NCBI GenBank assembly: GCA_964016885.1
Contig: OZ024746.1
Coordinates: 51,150,001-51,214,000 of the forward strand
Source of the DNA: Eledone cirrhosa
Taxonomy: Eukaryota
DNA: 64,000 nucleotides
Reading direction: 5' to 3'
Positions 39,291 through 55,099 of this stretch are shown piece by piece. The stretch's first letter is position 1; every line of letters begins with the position of its first letter. Made by a program: the position numbers and the translations under genes. The notes under the pieces are model-generated. The model did no database searches. It was not told where the DNA came from and saw nothing but the letters and a program-made list of their open reading frames with translations.

Positions 39291-42200
39291 CTGTCCCTAT
39301 CTACTGTCTAGCGAAACTACAGCCAAGGGAACGAGCTTGGACGGAATAACGAGATTGGCACTGTCCCTATCTACTGTCTAGCCAAAACCAAGCCAAGGGA
39401 ACGAGCTTGGGTGGATCAACGAGATTGACACTGTCCCTATCTACTGTCTAGAGAAACTACAGTGAACGGAACGAGCTTGGGTGGATCAACGAGATTGCCA
39501 CTGTCCCTATCTATTGTTTAGCGAAACCACAGCCAAGGGAACGGACTTGGTACAATCGACGAGATTGCCACTGAACTTATCTACTGTCTAGCGAAACCAC
39601 AGCCAAGGGAGCGAGCTTGGACGGATCAACGAGTTTGCTACTGTACTTATCTACTGTCTAGCGAAACCACAGTCAACGGAACGCGCTTGGGTGGATCAAC
39701 GAGATTGCCACTGTCCCTCTCTAATGTCTAGCGAAAACACAGCCAAGAGAACGGGCTTGGGTGGATCAACGAGATTGCCACTGTCCCTATCTACTGTCTA
39801 GCGAATTCACAGCCAAGGGAACGAACTTGGACGGATCAACGAGATTGCCACTGTCCCTATCTACTGTCTTGCGAAACCACAGCCAAGGGAGCGAGCTTGG
39901 ACGGATCAACGAGATTGCCACTGTCCTTATCTACTGTCTAGCGAAACCACAGCCAAGAGAACGGGCTTGGGTGGATCAACGAGATTGCCACTCTCCCTAT
40001 CTACTGTCTAGCGAAACCACAGACAAGGGAACGAGCTTGGACGGATCAACGAGATTGACACTGTCCATATCTACTGTCTAGCGAAACCACAGCCATGGGA
40101 ACGGGCTTGGGTGGATCAACGAGATTGCCACTGTCCCTATCTACTGCCTAGCGAAACGACAGCCAAGGGAACGGACTTGGGTGGATCAACGAGATTGCCA
40201 CTGTCCCTCTCTACTGTCTAGCGTAACCACAGCCAAGAGAACGGCCTTGGGTGGATCAACGAGATTGCCACTGTCCCTATCTAGTGTCTAGCGAAACTAC
40301 AGCGAAGGGAACGAGCTTGGACGGAATAACGAGATTGCCACTGTACCTATCTACTGTTTAGTGAAAACACAAACCAGGGAACGAGCTTGGACGGATCAAC
40401 GAGATTTTCACTGTCCCTATCTACTGTCTAGCGAAACCACTGCCAAGTGAATGGTCTTGGGTGGATCAACGAGACTGCCACTGTCCCTATCTACTGTCTA
40501 GCCAAACCAAAGCCAAGGGAACCGCCTTGGGTGGATAAACGAGATTGCCACTGTCACTATCTAGCGTCTAGCAAAATCACAGCCAAGGGAACGAGCTTGG
40601 ACGGATGAACGAGATTGCCACTGTCCTTATCTACTGTCTAGAGAAACCACAGTCAACGGAACGAGCTTGGGTGGATCACCGAGATTGCCACTGTCCCTAT
40701 CTACTGGCTAGCTAAACCACAGCCAATGGAACGGGCGTTGCTGTTCAACGAGATTGCCACTGTCGCTATCTACTGTCTAGCGAAACCACAGCCAAGTGAA
40801 CGGGCTTGGCTGGATCAATAAGATTGCCACTGTCCTTATCTACTGTCTAGCCAAACCAAAGCCAAGGGAACGGCCTTGGGTGGATCAACGATATTGCCAC
40901 TGTCCATATCTAGTGTCTAGCGAAACTACAGCCAAGGGAACGAGCTTGGACGTAATAACGAGATTGCCACTGTCCCTAACTACCGTCTAGCGAAACCACA
41001 GCCAAGGGAACGGACTTGGTTGGATCAACGAGATTGCCACTTAACCAATCTACTGTCTAGCGAAACCACAGCGAAGGGAACGAGCTTGGACGGATCAACG
41101 AGATTGCCACTGTCCCTATCTACTGTCTAGCGAAACTACAGCCAAGGGAGCGAGCTTGGACGGATCAACGAGATTGCCACTGTCCTTATCTACTGTCTAG
41201 CGAAACCACAGTCAACGGAACGAGCTTGGGTGGATCAACGAGATTGCCACTGTCCCTCTCTAATGTCTAGCGAAACCACAGCCAAGAGAACGGGCTTGGG
41301 TGGATCAACGAGATTGCCACTGTCCCTATCTACTGTCTAGCGAAACCACAGCCAAGGGAACGAACTTGGACGGATCAACGAGATTGCCACTGTCCCTATC
41401 TACTGTCTACCGAAACGACAGCCATGGGAACGGGCTTGGGTGGATCAACAAGATTGCCACTGTCCCTATCTACTGTCTAGCGAAACGACAGCCAGGGGAA
41501 CGGACTTGGGTGGATCAACGAGATTGCCACTGTCCCTATCTACTGTCTACCGAAACGACAGCCAGGGGAAAGGACTTGGGTGGATCAACGAGATTGCCAC
41601 TGTCCCTCTCTACTGTCTAGCGTAAACTACAGCCAAGGGAGCGAGCTTGGACGGATCAACGAGATTTCCACTGTCCTTATCTACTGTCTAGCGAAACCAC
41701 AGCCAAGGGAACGAACTTGGACGGATCAACGAGATTGCCACTGTCCCTATCTACTGTCTAGCGAAATTACAGCCAAGCGAACGAGCTTGGACGGAATAAC
41801 GAGATTGCCACTGTCCCTATCTACTGTCTCGCGTAACCACAGCCAAGGGAACGGGCTTGGACGGATCAACGAGATTGCCACTGTCCTTATCTACTGTCTA
41901 GCGAAACTACAGCTAAGGGAACGAGCTTGGACGGATCAACGAGATTGCCACTGACCCTATCTATTGTCTAGCGAAACCACAGCCAAGTGAATGGTCTTGG
42001 CTGGACCAACGACATTGCCACTGTCCCTATCTACTGTCTAGCCAAACCCAAGCCAAGGGAACGAGCTTGGGTGGATCAACGAGATTGTCACTGTCCCTAT
42101 CTATTGTCTAGCAAAACCATAGCCAAGGGAACGGACTTGGTACAATCGACGAGATTGCCACTTAACTTATCTACTGTCTAGCGAAACCACAGCCAAGGGA

Positions 42201-43860
42201 GCGAGCTTGGACGGATCAACGAGTTTGCCACTGTCCTTATCTACTGTCTAGCGAAACCACAGTCAACGGAACGAGCTTGGGTGGATCAACGAGATTGCCA
42301 CTGTCCCTCTCTAATGTCTAGCGAAACCACAGCCAAGAGAACGGGCTTGGGTGGATCAACGAGATTGCCACTGTCCCTATCTACTGTCTAGCGAAACCAC
42401 AGCCAAGGGAACGAACTTGGACGGATCAACGCGATTGCCACTGTCCCTATCTACTGTCTAGCGAAACCACAGCCAAGGGAGCGAGCTTGGACGGATCAAC
42501 GAGATTGCCACTGTCCTTATCTACTGTCTAGCGAAACCACAGTCAACGGAACGAGCTTGGGTGGATCAACGAGATTGCCACTGTGCCTATCTACTGTCTA
42601 GCAAAACCACAGCCAAGGAAACGGGCTTGGCTGGATCAACGAGATTGCCACTGTCGCTATCTATTGTCTAGCGAAACCACAGCCAAGGGAACGGGCATGA
42701 CTGGATGAATGAGATTGCCATTGTCCCTATATACTGTCTAGCGAAACGACAGCCATGGGAACGGGCTTGGGTGGATCAACGAGATTGCCACTGTCCCTAT
42801 CTACTGTCTAGCGAAACGACAGCCATGGGAACGGTCTTGGGTGGATCAACGAGATTGCCACTGACCCTATCTACTGTCTAGCGAAATTACAGCCAAGGGA
42901 ACGAGCTTGGACGGATTAACGAGATTGCCACTGTCCCTCTCTACTGTCTAGCGTAACCACAGCCAAGAGAACGGGCTTGGGTGGATCAACGAGATTGCCA
43001 CTGTCCCTCTCTACTGTCTAGCGTAACCACAGCCAAGAGAACGGGCTTAGGTGAATCCACGAGATTGAAACTGTCCCTATCTACTGTCTAGCCGAACCAC
43101 AGCCAAGGGAACGAACTTGGACGGATCAACGAGATTGCCACTGTCCCTATCTACTGTCTAGCGAAACCACAGCCAAGGGAACGAGCATAGATGGATCAAC
43201 GAGATTGCCACTGTCCTTATCTACTGTCTAGAGAAACCACAGTCAACGGAACGAGCTTGGGTGGATCAACGAGATTGCCACTGTCCCTATCTACTGGCTA
43301 GCGAAACCACAGTCAACGGAACGGGCTTGGCTGGATCAACAAGATTGCCACTGTCCTTATCTACTGTCTAGCCACACCAAAGCCGAGGGAACGTCCCTGG
43401 GTGGATCAACGAGATTGCCACTGTCCCTATCTACTGTCTAGCGAAAACACAGACAAGGGAACAAGCTTGGACGGATCAACGAAATTGCCTCTGCCCCTAT
43501 CTACTGTCTAGCCAAACCGAATCCAAGGGAACCGCCTTGGGTGGATCAACGAGATTGCCACTGTCCCTATCTACTGTCTAGCGAAACCACAGCCAAGGGA
43601 ACGAGCTTGGACGGATCAACGAGATTGCCACTGTCCTTATCTACGGTCTAGCGAAACTACAGCCAATGGAACGATCTTGGACGGAATAACGAGATTGCCA
43701 CTGTCCCTATCTACTGTCTAGCGAAACTACAGCCAAGGGATCGGACTTGGTACACTCGACGAGATTGCCACTGAACTTATCTACTGTCTAGCGAAACCAC
43801 AGCCAAGGGAGCGAGCTTGGACGGAATAACGAGATTGCCACTGTCCCTATCTACTGTCTA

Positions 43861-45675
43861 CCGAAACTACAGCCAATGGAACGATCTTGGACGGAATAAC
43901 GAGATTGCCACTGACCCTATCTACTGTCTAGCGAAAACACAGACAAGGGAACGAGCTTGGACGGATGAATGAGATTGGCACTATCCCTATCTACTGTCTA
44001 GCGAAACGACAGCCATGGGAACGGGCTTGGGTGGATCAACGAGATGGCCACTGTCCCTATCTACTGTCTAGCGAAACGACAGCCAAGGGAACGGACTTGG
44101 GTGGATCAACGAGATTGCCACTGTCCCTCTCTACTCTCTAGCGTAACCACAGCCAAGTGACCGGGCTTGGGTGGATCAACGAGATTGCGACTGCCCCTAT
44201 CTACTGTCTAGCGAAATTACAGCCAAGGGAACGAGCTTGGACGGAATAACGAGATTGCCACTGTCCTTATCTACTGTCTAGCGTAACCACAGCCAAGGGA
44301 ACGGACTTGGTTGGATCAACGAGATTGCCACTGAACCAATCTACTGTCTAGCGAAACCACAGCCAAGGGAACAAGCTTGGACGGATCAACGAGATTGCCA
44401 CTGTCCTTATCTACTGTCTAGCGAAACCACAGCCAATGGAATGATCTTGGACGGAATAACGAGATTGCCACTGTCCCTATCTCCTGTCTAGCGAAACCAC
44501 AGCCAAGGGAACGAGCTTGGACGGATCAACGAGAGTGCCACTGTCCCTATCTACTGTCTAGCGAAACCACAGCTAAGGGAACGAGCTTGGACGGATGAAC
44601 GAGATTGGCACTGTCCCTATCTACTGTCTAGCCAAACCCAAGCCAAGGGAACGAGCTTGGCTGGATCAACGAGATTGACACTGTCCCTATCTACTGTCTA
44701 GAGAAACTACAGTGAACGGAACGAGTTTGGGTGGATCAACGAGATTGCCACTGTCCCTATCTATTGTTTAGCGAAACCACAGCCAAGGGAACGGACTTGG
44801 TACAATCGACGAGATTGCCACTGAACTTATCTACTGTCTAGCGAAACCACAGCCAAGGGAGCGAGCTTGGACGGATCAACGAGTTTGCTACTGTCCTTAT
44901 CTACTGTCTAGCGAAACCACAGTCAACGGAACGCGCTTGGGTGGATCAACGAGATTGCCACTGTCCCTCTCTAATGTCTAGCGAAAACACAGCCAAGAGA
45001 ACGGGCTTGGGTGGATCAACGAGATTGCCACTGTCCCTATCTACTGTCTAGCGAAACCACAGTCAACGGAACGAGCTTGGGTGGATCAACGAGATTGCCA
45101 CTGTGCCTATCTACTGTCTAGCAAAACCACAGCGAAGGAAACGGGCTTGGCTGGATCAACGAGATTACCACTGTCGCTATCTATTGTCTAGCGAAACCAC
45201 AGCCAAGGGAGCGGGCATGACTGGATCAATGAGATTGCCATTGTCCCTATCTACTGTCTAGCGAAACGACAGCCATGGGAACGGGCTTGGGTGGATCAAC
45301 GAGATTGCCACTGTCCCGATCTACTGTCTAGCGAAACGACAGCCATGGGAACGGGCTTGGGTGGATCAACGAGATTGCCACTGACCCTATCTACTGTCTA
45401 GCGAAACCACAGCCAAGGGAACGAACTTGGACGGATCAACGAGATTGCCACTGTCCCTATCTACTGTCTAGCGAAACCACAGACAAGGGAACGAGCATGG
45501 ATGGATCAACGAGATTGCCACTGTCCTTATCTACTGTCTAGAGAAACCACAGTCAACAGAACGAGCTTGGGTGGATCAACGAGATTGCCACTGTCCCTAT
45601 CTACTGGCTAGCGAAACCACAGTCAATGGAACGGGCGTGGCTGTTCAACGAGAATGCCACTGTCCCTATCTACTG

Positions 45676-45709
<34 letters not shown>

Positions 45710-48700
45710 CTGGATCAACAAGATTGCCACTGTCCTTATCTACTGTCTAGCCACACCAAAGCCGAGGGAACGGCCTTGGGTGGATCAACGAGATTGCCAC
45801 TGTCCCTATCAACTGTCTAGCGAAAACACAGACAAGGGAACGAGCTTGGACGGATCAACGAGATTGCCTCTGCCCCTATCTACTGTCTAGCCAAACCGAA
45901 TCCAAGGGAACCGCCTTGGGTGGATCAACGAGATTGCCACTGTCCCTATCTACTGTCTAGCGAAACCACAGCCAATGGAACGAGCTTGGACGGAATAACG
46001 AGATTGCCACTGTCCCTATCTACTGTCTAGCGAAACCACAGCTAAGAGAACGGGCTTGGGTAAATCCACGAGATTGCCACTGTCCCTATCTTCTGTCTAG
46101 CAAAACCACAGACCAGGGAACGAGCTTGGACGGATCAACGAGATTGCCACAGTCCCTATCTACTGTCTAGCGAAACCACAGCCAAGTGAACCGCCTTTGG
46201 TGGATCAACGAGATTGCCACTGTCCCTATCTACTGTCTAGCGAAACCACAGCCAAGGGAACGGACGTGGCTGGATCAATGATAATGCCGCTGTCGCTATC
46301 TACTGTCTAGCGAAACCACAGCTAAGGGAGCGGGCTTGGCTGGATCAATGAGATTGCCACTGTCCCCATGTACTGTCTAGCGAAACTACAGCCGACTGAA
46401 CGTGCTTGGACGGAATAACGAGATTGCCACTGTCCCTATCTACTGTCTAGCGATGCCACAGCTAAGGGAAAGAGCTTGGACGGATCAACGAGATTGCCAC
46501 TGACCCTATCTACTGTCTAGCAAAAACACAGAGAAGGGAACGAGCTTCGACGGATCAAAGAGATTGCCACTGTCCCTATCTTCTGTCTAGAGAAACCACA
46601 GTCAACGGAACGAGCTTGGGTGATTCAACGAGATTGCCACTGTCCCTATCTACTGGTTAGCGAAACCACAGCCAATGGAACGGGCGTGGCTGTTCAACGA
46701 GAATGCCACTATCGCTATCTACTGTCTAGCGAAACCACTGCCAAGGGAACGGGCTTGGCTGGATCAACAAGATTGCCACTGTCCTTATCTACTGTCTAGC
46801 CAAACCAAAGCCAAGGGAACGGCCTTGGGTGGATCAACGAGATTGCCACTGTCCCTATCTACTGTCTAGCGAAACTACATCCAAGGGAACGGGCTTGGAC
46901 GGAATAACGAGATTGCCACTGTCCCTATCTACTGTCTAGCGAAACCACAGCCAAGGGAACGAGCTTGGACGGATCAACGAGATTGCCACTGTCCTTATCT
47001 ACGGTCTACCGAAACTACAGCCAATGGAACGATCTTGGACGGAATAACGAGATTGCCACTGACCCTATCTACTGTCTAGCGAAAACACAGACAAGGGAAC
47101 GAGCTTGGACGGATGAATGAGATTGGCACTATCCCTATCTACTGTCTAGCGAAACGACAGCCATGGGAACGGGCTTGGGTGGATCAACGAGATGGCCACT
47201 GTCCCTATCTACTGTCTAGCGAAACGACAGCCAAGGGAACGGACTTGGGTGGATCAACGAGATTGCCACTGTCCCTCTCTACTCTCTAGCGTAACCACAG
47301 CCAAGTGACCGGGCTTGGGTGGATCAACGAGATTGCGACTGCCCCTATCTACTGTCTAGCGAAATTACAGCCAAGGGAACGAGCTTGGACGGAATAACGA
47401 GATTGCCACTGTCCCTATCTACTGTCTAGCGTAACCACAGCCAAGGGAACGGACTTGGTTGGATCAACGAGATTGCCACTGAACCAATCTACTGTCTAGC
47501 GAAACCACAGCCAAGGGAACAAGCTTGGACGGATCAACGAGATTGCCACTGTCCTTATCTACTGTCTTGCGAAACCACAGCCAATGGAATGATCTTGGAC
47601 GGAATAACGAGATTGCCACTGTCCCTATCTCCTGTCTAGCGAAACCACAGCCAAGGGAACGAGCTTGGACGGATCAACGAGAGTGCCACTGTCCCTATCT
47701 ACTGTCTAGCGAAACCACAGCTAAGGGAACGAGCTTGGACGGATGAACGAGATTGGCACTGTCCCTATCTACTGTCTAGCCAAACCCAAGCCAAGGGAAC
47801 GAGCTTGGCTGGATCAACGAGATTGACACTGTCCCTATCTACTGTCTAGAGAAACTACAGTGAACGGAACGAGTTTGGGTGGATCAACGAGATTGCCACT
47901 GTCCCTATCTATTGTTTAGCGAAACCACAGCCAAGGGAACGGACTTGGTACAATCGACGAGATTGCCACTGAACTTATCTACTGTCTAGCGAAACCACAG
48001 CCAAGGGAGCGAGCTTGTACGGATCAACGAGTTTGCTACTGTCCTTATCTACTGTCTAGCGAAACCACAGTCAACGGAACGCGCTTGGGTGGATCAACGA
48101 GATTGCCACTGTCCCTCTCTAATGTCTAGCGAAAACACAGCCAAGAGAACGGGCTTGGGTGGATCAACGAGATTGCCACTGTCCCTATCTACTGTCTAGC
48201 GAAACCACAGTCAACGGAACGAGCTTGGGTGGATCAACGAGATTGCCACTGTGCCTATCTACTGTCTAGCAAAACCACAGCGAAGGAAACGGGCTTGGCT
48301 GGATCAACGAGATTACCACTGTCGCTATCTATTGTCTAGCGAAACCACAGCCAAGGGAGCGGGCATGACTGGATCAATGAGATTGCCATTGTCCCTATCT
48401 ACTGTCTAGCGAAACGACAGCCATGGGAACGGGCTTGGGTGGATCAACGAGATTGCCACTGTCCCGATCTACTGTCTAGCGAAACGACAGCCTTGGGAAC
48501 GGGCTTGGGTGGATCAACGAGATTGCCACTGACCCTATCTACTGTCTAGCGAAACCACAGCCAAGGGAACGAACTTGGACGGATCAACGAGATTGCCACT
48601 GTCCCTATCTACTGTCTAGCGAAGCCACAGACAAGGGAACGAGCATGGATGGATCAACGAGATTGCCACTGTCCTTATCTACTGTCTAGAGAAACCACAG

Positions 48701-48823
48701 TCAACAGAACGAGCTTGGGTGGATCAACGAGATTGCCACTGTCCCTATCTACTGGCTAGCGAAACCACAGTCAATGGAACGGGCGTGGCTGTTCAACGAG
48801 AATGCCACTGTCCCTATCTACTG

Positions 48824-48857
<34 letters not shown>

Positions 48858-50080
48858 CTGGATCAACAAGATTGCCACTGTCCTTATCTACTGTCTAGCC
48901 ACACCAAAGCCGAGGGAACGGCCTTGGGTGGATCAACGAGATTGCCACTGTCCCTATCAACTGTCTAGCGAAAACACAGACAAGGGAACGAGCTTGGACG
49001 GATCAACGAGATTGCCTCTGCCCCTATCTACTGTCTAGCCAAACCGAATCCAAGGGAACCGCCTTGGGTGGATCAACGAGATTGCCACTGTCCCTATCTA
49101 CTGTCTAGCGAAACCACAGCCAATGGAACGAGCTTGGACGGAATAACGAGATTGCCACTGTCCCTATCTACTGTCTAGCGAAACCACAGCTAAGAGAACG
49201 GGCTTGGGTAAATCCACGAGATTGCCACTGTCCCTATCTTCTGTCTAGCAAAACCACAGACCAGGGAACGAGCTTGGACGGATCAACGAGATTGCCACAG
49301 TCCCTATCTACTGTCTAGCGAAACCACAGCCAAGTGAACCGCCTTTGGTGGATCAACGAGATTGCCACTGTCCCTATCTACTGTCTAGCGAAACCACAGC
49401 CAAGGGAACGGACGTGGCTGGATCAATGATAATGCCGCTGTCGCTATCTACTGTCTAGCGAAACCACAGCTAAGGGAGCGGGCTTGGCTGGATCAATGAG
49501 ATTGCCACTGTCCCCATGTACTGTCTAGCGAAACTACAGCCGACTGAACGTGCTTGGACGGAATAACGAGATTGCCACTGTCCCTATCTACTGTCTAGCG
49601 ATGCCACAGCTAAGGGAAAGAGCTTGGACGGATCAACGAGATTGCCACTGACCCTATCTACTGTCTAGCAAAAACACAGAGAAGGGAACGAGCTTCGACG
49701 GATCAAAGAGATTGCCACTGTCCCTATCTTCTGTCTAGAGAAACCACAGTCAACGGAACGAGCTTGGGTGATTCAACGAGATTGCCACTGTCCCTATCTA
49801 CTGGTTAGCGAAACCACAGCCAATGGAACGGGCGTGGCTGTTCAACGAGAATGCCACTATCGCTATCTACTGTCTAGCGAAACCACTGCCAAGGGAACGG
49901 GCTTGGCTGGATCAACAAGATTGCCACTGTCCTTATCTACTGTCTAGCCAAACCAAAGCCAAGGGAACGGCCTTGGGTGGATCAACGAGATTGCCACTGT
50001 CCCTATCTACTGTCTAGCGAAGCTACATCCAAGGGAACGGGCTTGGACGGAATAACGAGATTGCCACTGTCCCTATCTAC
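43861..50080 (+). repeat. Tandem duplication of a 3148-bp (45-monomer, minus 2 bp) block, with a third more diverged partial copy at ~51800-54350
   Basis: Identical ORF pairs at 45626/48774 and 46675/49823. The markers 'ggtaaatccacg' and 'gccgactgaacgtg' each occur in three copies. Confidence 0.88.
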
Positions 50081-53000
50081 AGTCTAGCGAAACCACAGCT
50101 AAGGGAACGAGCTTGGACGGATCAACGAGATTGCCACTGTACCTATCTACTGTGTAGCGAAACCACAACCAAGTGAATGGTTTTGTCTGGGCCAACGACA
50201 TTGCCACTGTCCCTATCTACTGTCTAGCCCAACCAAAGCCAAGGGAACGAGCTTGGGTGGATCAACGAGATTGACACTGTCCCTATCTACTGTCTAGAGA
50301 AACTACAGTGAACGGAAAAAGCTTGGGTGGATCAACGAGATTGCCAATGTCTCTATCTATTGTCTAGCGAAACCACAGCCAAGGGAACGGACTTGGTTGA
50401 ATCGACGAGATTGCCAATGTCGCTATCTACTGTCTAGCGAAACCACAGCCAAGGGAACTGGCTTGGCTGGATCAATGAGATTGGCACTTTCCCTATCAAC
50501 TCTCTAGCGAAACCACAGCCAAGGGAACGAGCTTGGACGGATCAACGAGATTGACACTGTCCTTATCTACTGTCTAGCGAAACCACAGTCAACGGAACGA
50601 GCTTGGGTGGATCAACGAGATTGCCACTGTCCCTATCTACTGTCTAGCGAAACCACAGCCAAGGGAACGGGCGTGGCTGGATCAACGAGATTGCCACTGT
50701 CGCTATCTACTGTCTAGCGAAACCACAGCCAAGGGAGCGGGCATGACTGGATCAATGAGATTGCCACTGTCCCTATCTACTGTCTAGCGAAAACACAGAC
50801 AAGGGAACGAGCTTGGACGGATCAACGAGATTGCCACTGTCCCTATCTACTGTCTAGCGAAACCACAGCCATGGGAACGGGCTTGGTGGATCAACGAGAC
50901 TGCCACTGTCCCTATCTACTGTCTAGCGAAACGACAGCCAAGGGAACGGACATGGGTGGATCAACGAGATTGCCACTGTCCCTCTCTACTGTCTAGCGTA
51001 ACCACAGCCAAGAGAATGGGCTTGGGTGAATCAACGAGATTACCCCTGTCCCTATCTACTGTCTAGCGAATCCACAGCCAAGGGAACGAACTTGGACGGA
51101 TCAACGAGATTGCCACTGCCCCTATCTACTGTCTAGCGAAACCACAGCCAAGAGAACGGGCTTGGGTGGATCAACGAGATTGCCACTCTCCCTATCTATT
51201 GTCTAGCGAAACCACAGCCAAGGGAACGAACTTGGACGGATCAACGAGATTGCCACTGTCCCTATCTACTGTCTAACGAAACCACAGCCAAGGGAGCGAG
51301 CTTGGACGGATCAACGAGATTGCCACTGTCGTTATCTACTGTCTAGCGAAACCACAGTGAACGGAACGAGCTTGGGTGGATCAACGAGATTGCCACTGTG
51401 CCTATTTACTGTCTAGCAAAACCACAGCCAAGGAAACGGGCTTGGCTGGATCAACGAAATTGCCACTGTCGCTATCTTTTGTCTAGCGAAACCACAGCCA
51501 AGGGAACGGGCATGACTGGATCAATGAGATTGCCATTGTCCCTATCTACTGTCTAGCGAAACGACAGCCATGGGAACGGGCTTGGGTGGATCAACGAGAT
51601 TGCCACTGTCCCTATCTACTGTCTAGCGAAACGGAATCCAAGGGAACCGCCTTGGGTGGATCAACGAGATTGCCACTGTCCCTATCTACTGTCTAGCGAA
51701 ATCACAGCCAAGGGTACGAGCTTGGACGGATAAACGAGATTGCCACTGTCCTTATCTACTGTCTAGCGAAACTACAGCCAATGGAACGATCTTGGACGGA
51801 ATAACGAGATTGCCACTGTCCCTATCTACTGTCTAGCGAAACTACAGCCAATGGAACGATCTTGGACGGAATAACGAGATTGCCACTGACCCTATCTACT
51901 GTCTAGCAAAAACACAGACAAGGGAACGAGCTTAGACGGATGAATAAGATTGGCACTGTCCCTATCTACTGTCTAGCGAAACGACAGCCATGGGAACGGG
52001 CTTGGGTGGATCAACAAGATTGCCACTGTCCCTATCTACTGTCTAGCGAGACGACAGCCAAGTGAACGGGCTTGGGTGGATCAACGAGATATCGACTGCC
52101 CCTATCTACTGTCTAGCGAAATTACAGCCAAGGGAACGAGCTTGGACGGAATAACGAGATTGCCACTGTCCCTATCTACTGTCTAGCGTAACCACAGCCA
52201 AGGGAACGGACTTGGTTGGATCAACGAGATTGCCACTGAACCAATCTACTGTCTAGCGAAACCACAGCCAAGGGAACAAGCTTGGACGGATCAACGAGAT
52301 TGCCACTGTCCTTATCTACTGTCTAGCGAAACCACAGCCAAGGTAACGAGCTTGGACGGATCAACGAGAGTGCCACTGTCCCTATCTACTGTCTAGCGAA
52401 ACCACAGCTAAGGGAACGAGCTTGGACGGATGAACGAGATTGGCACTGTCCCTATCTACTGTTTAGCCAAACCCAAGCCAAGGGAACGAGCTTGGTTGGA
52501 TCAACGAGATTGACACTGTCCCTATCTACTCTCTAGAGAAACTACAGTGAACGGAACGAGCTTGGGTGGATCAACGAGATTGCCACTTTCTCTATCTATT
52601 GTTTAGCGAAACCACAGACAAGGGAACGGACTTGGTACAATCGACGAGATTGCCACTGAACTTATCTACTGTCTAGCGAAACCACAGCCAAGGGAGCGAG
52701 CTTGGACGGATCAACGAGTTTGCTACTGTCCTTATCTACTGTCTAGCGAAACCACAGTCAACGGAACGCGCTTGGGTGGATCAACGAGATTGCCACTGTC
52801 CCTCTCTAATGTCTAGCGAAAACACAGCCAAGAGAACGGGCTTGGGTGGATCAACGAGATTGCCACTGTCCCTATCTACTGTCTAGCGAAACCACAGTCA
52901 ACGGAACGAGCTTGGGTGGATCAACGAGATTGCCACTGTGCCTATCTACTGTTTAGCAAAACCACAGCCAAGGAAACTTGCTTGGCTGGATCAACGAGAT

Positions 53001-53372
53001 TGCCACTGTCGCTATCTATTGTCTAGCGAAACCACAGCCAAGGGAGCGGGCATGACTGGATCAATGAGATTGCCATTGTCCCTATCTAGTGTCTAGCGAA
53101 ACGACAGCCATGGGAACGGGCTTGGGTGGATCAACGAGATTGCCACTGTCCCGATCTACTGTCTAGCGAAACGACAGCCATGGGAACGGGCTTGGGTGGA
53201 TCAACGAGATTGCCACTGACCCTATCTACTGTCTAGCGAAACCACAGCCAAGGGAACGAGCATGGATGGATCAACGAGATTGCCACTGTCCTTATCTACT
53301 GTCTAGAGAAACCACAGTCAACAGAAGGAGCTTGGGTGGATCAACGAGATTGCCACTGTCCCTATCTACTGG

Positions 53373-53405
<33 letters not shown>

Positions 53406-55099
53406 CTGGATCAACAAGATTGCCACTGTCCTTATCTACTGTCTAGCCACACCAAAGCCGAGGGAACGGCCTTGGGTGGATCAACGAGATTGCCACTGTC
53501 CCTATCTACTGTCTAGCGAAAACACAGACAAGGGAACGAGCTTGGACGGATCAACGAGATTGCCTCTGCCCCTATCTACTGTCTAGCCAAACCGAATCCA
53601 AGGGAACCGCCTTGGGTGGATCAACGAGATTGCCACTGTCCCTATCTACTGTCTAGCGAAACCACAGCCAATGGAACGAGCTTGGACGGAATAACGAGAT
53701 TGCCACTGTCCCTATCTACTGTCTAGCGAAACCACAGCTAAGAGAACGGGCTTGGGTAAATCCACGAGATTGCCACTGTCCCTATCTTCTGTCTAGCAAA
53801 ACCACAGACCAGGGAACGAGCTTGGACGGATCAACGAGGTTGCCACAGTCCCTATCTACTGTCTAGCGAAACCACAGCCAAGTGAACCGCCTTTGGTGGA
53901 TCAACGAGATTGCCACTGTCCCTATCTACTGTCTAGCGAAACCACAGCCAAGGGAACGGACGTGGCTGGATCAATGATAATGCCGCTGTCGCTATCTACT
54001 GTCTAGCGAAACCACAGCCAAGGGAGCGGGCTTGGCTGGATCAATGAGATTGCCACTGTCCCCATGTACTGTCTAGCGAAACTACAGCCGACTGAACGTG
54101 CTTGGACGGAATAACAAGATTGCCACTGTCTCTATCTACTGTCTAGCGATGCCACAGCTAAGGGAAAGAGCTTGGACGGATCAACAAGATTGCCACTGTC
54201 CTTATCTACTGTCTAGCCAAACCAAAGCCAAGGGAACGGCCTTGGGTGGATCAACGAGATTTCCACTGTCCCTATCTACTGTCTAGCGAAACTACATCCA
54301 AGGGAACGGGCTTGGACGGAATAACGAGATTGCCACTGTCCCTATCTACTGTCTAGCGAAACCACAACCAAGTGAATGGTTTTGTCTGGGCCAACGACAT
54401 TGCCACTGTCCCTATCTACTGTCTAGCCAAACCAAAGCCAAGGGAACGAGCTTGGGTGGATCAACGAGATTGACACTGTCCCTATCTACTGTCTAGAGAA
54501 ACTACAGTGAACGGAAAAAGCTTGGGTGGATCAAAGGAGATTGCCAATGTCCCTATCTATTGTCTAGCGAAACCACAGCCAAGGGAACGGACTTGGTTGA
54601 ATCGACGAGATTGCCACTGTCGCTATCTACTGTCTAGCGAAACCACAGCCAAGGGAACTGGCTTGGCTGGATCAATGAGATTGCCACTTTCCCTATCAAC
54701 TCTCTAGCGAAACCACAGCCAAGGGAACGAGCTTAGACGGATCAACGAGATTGCCACTGTCCTTATCTACTGTCTAGCGAAACCACAGTCAACGGAACGA
54801 GCTTGGGTGGATCAACGAGATTGCCACTGTCCCTATCTACTGTGTAGCGAAACCACAGCCAAGGGAACGGGCGTGGCTGGATCAACGAGATTGCCACTGT
54901 CGCTATCTACTGTTTAGCGAAACCACAGCCAAGGGAACGGGCATGACTGGATCAATGAGATTGCCACTGTCCCTATCTACTGTCTAGCGAAAACACAGAC
55001 AAGGGAACGAGCTTGGACGGATTAACGAGATTGCCACTGTCCCTATCTACTGTCTAGCGAAACCACAGCCATGGGAACGGGCTTGGTGGATCAACGAGA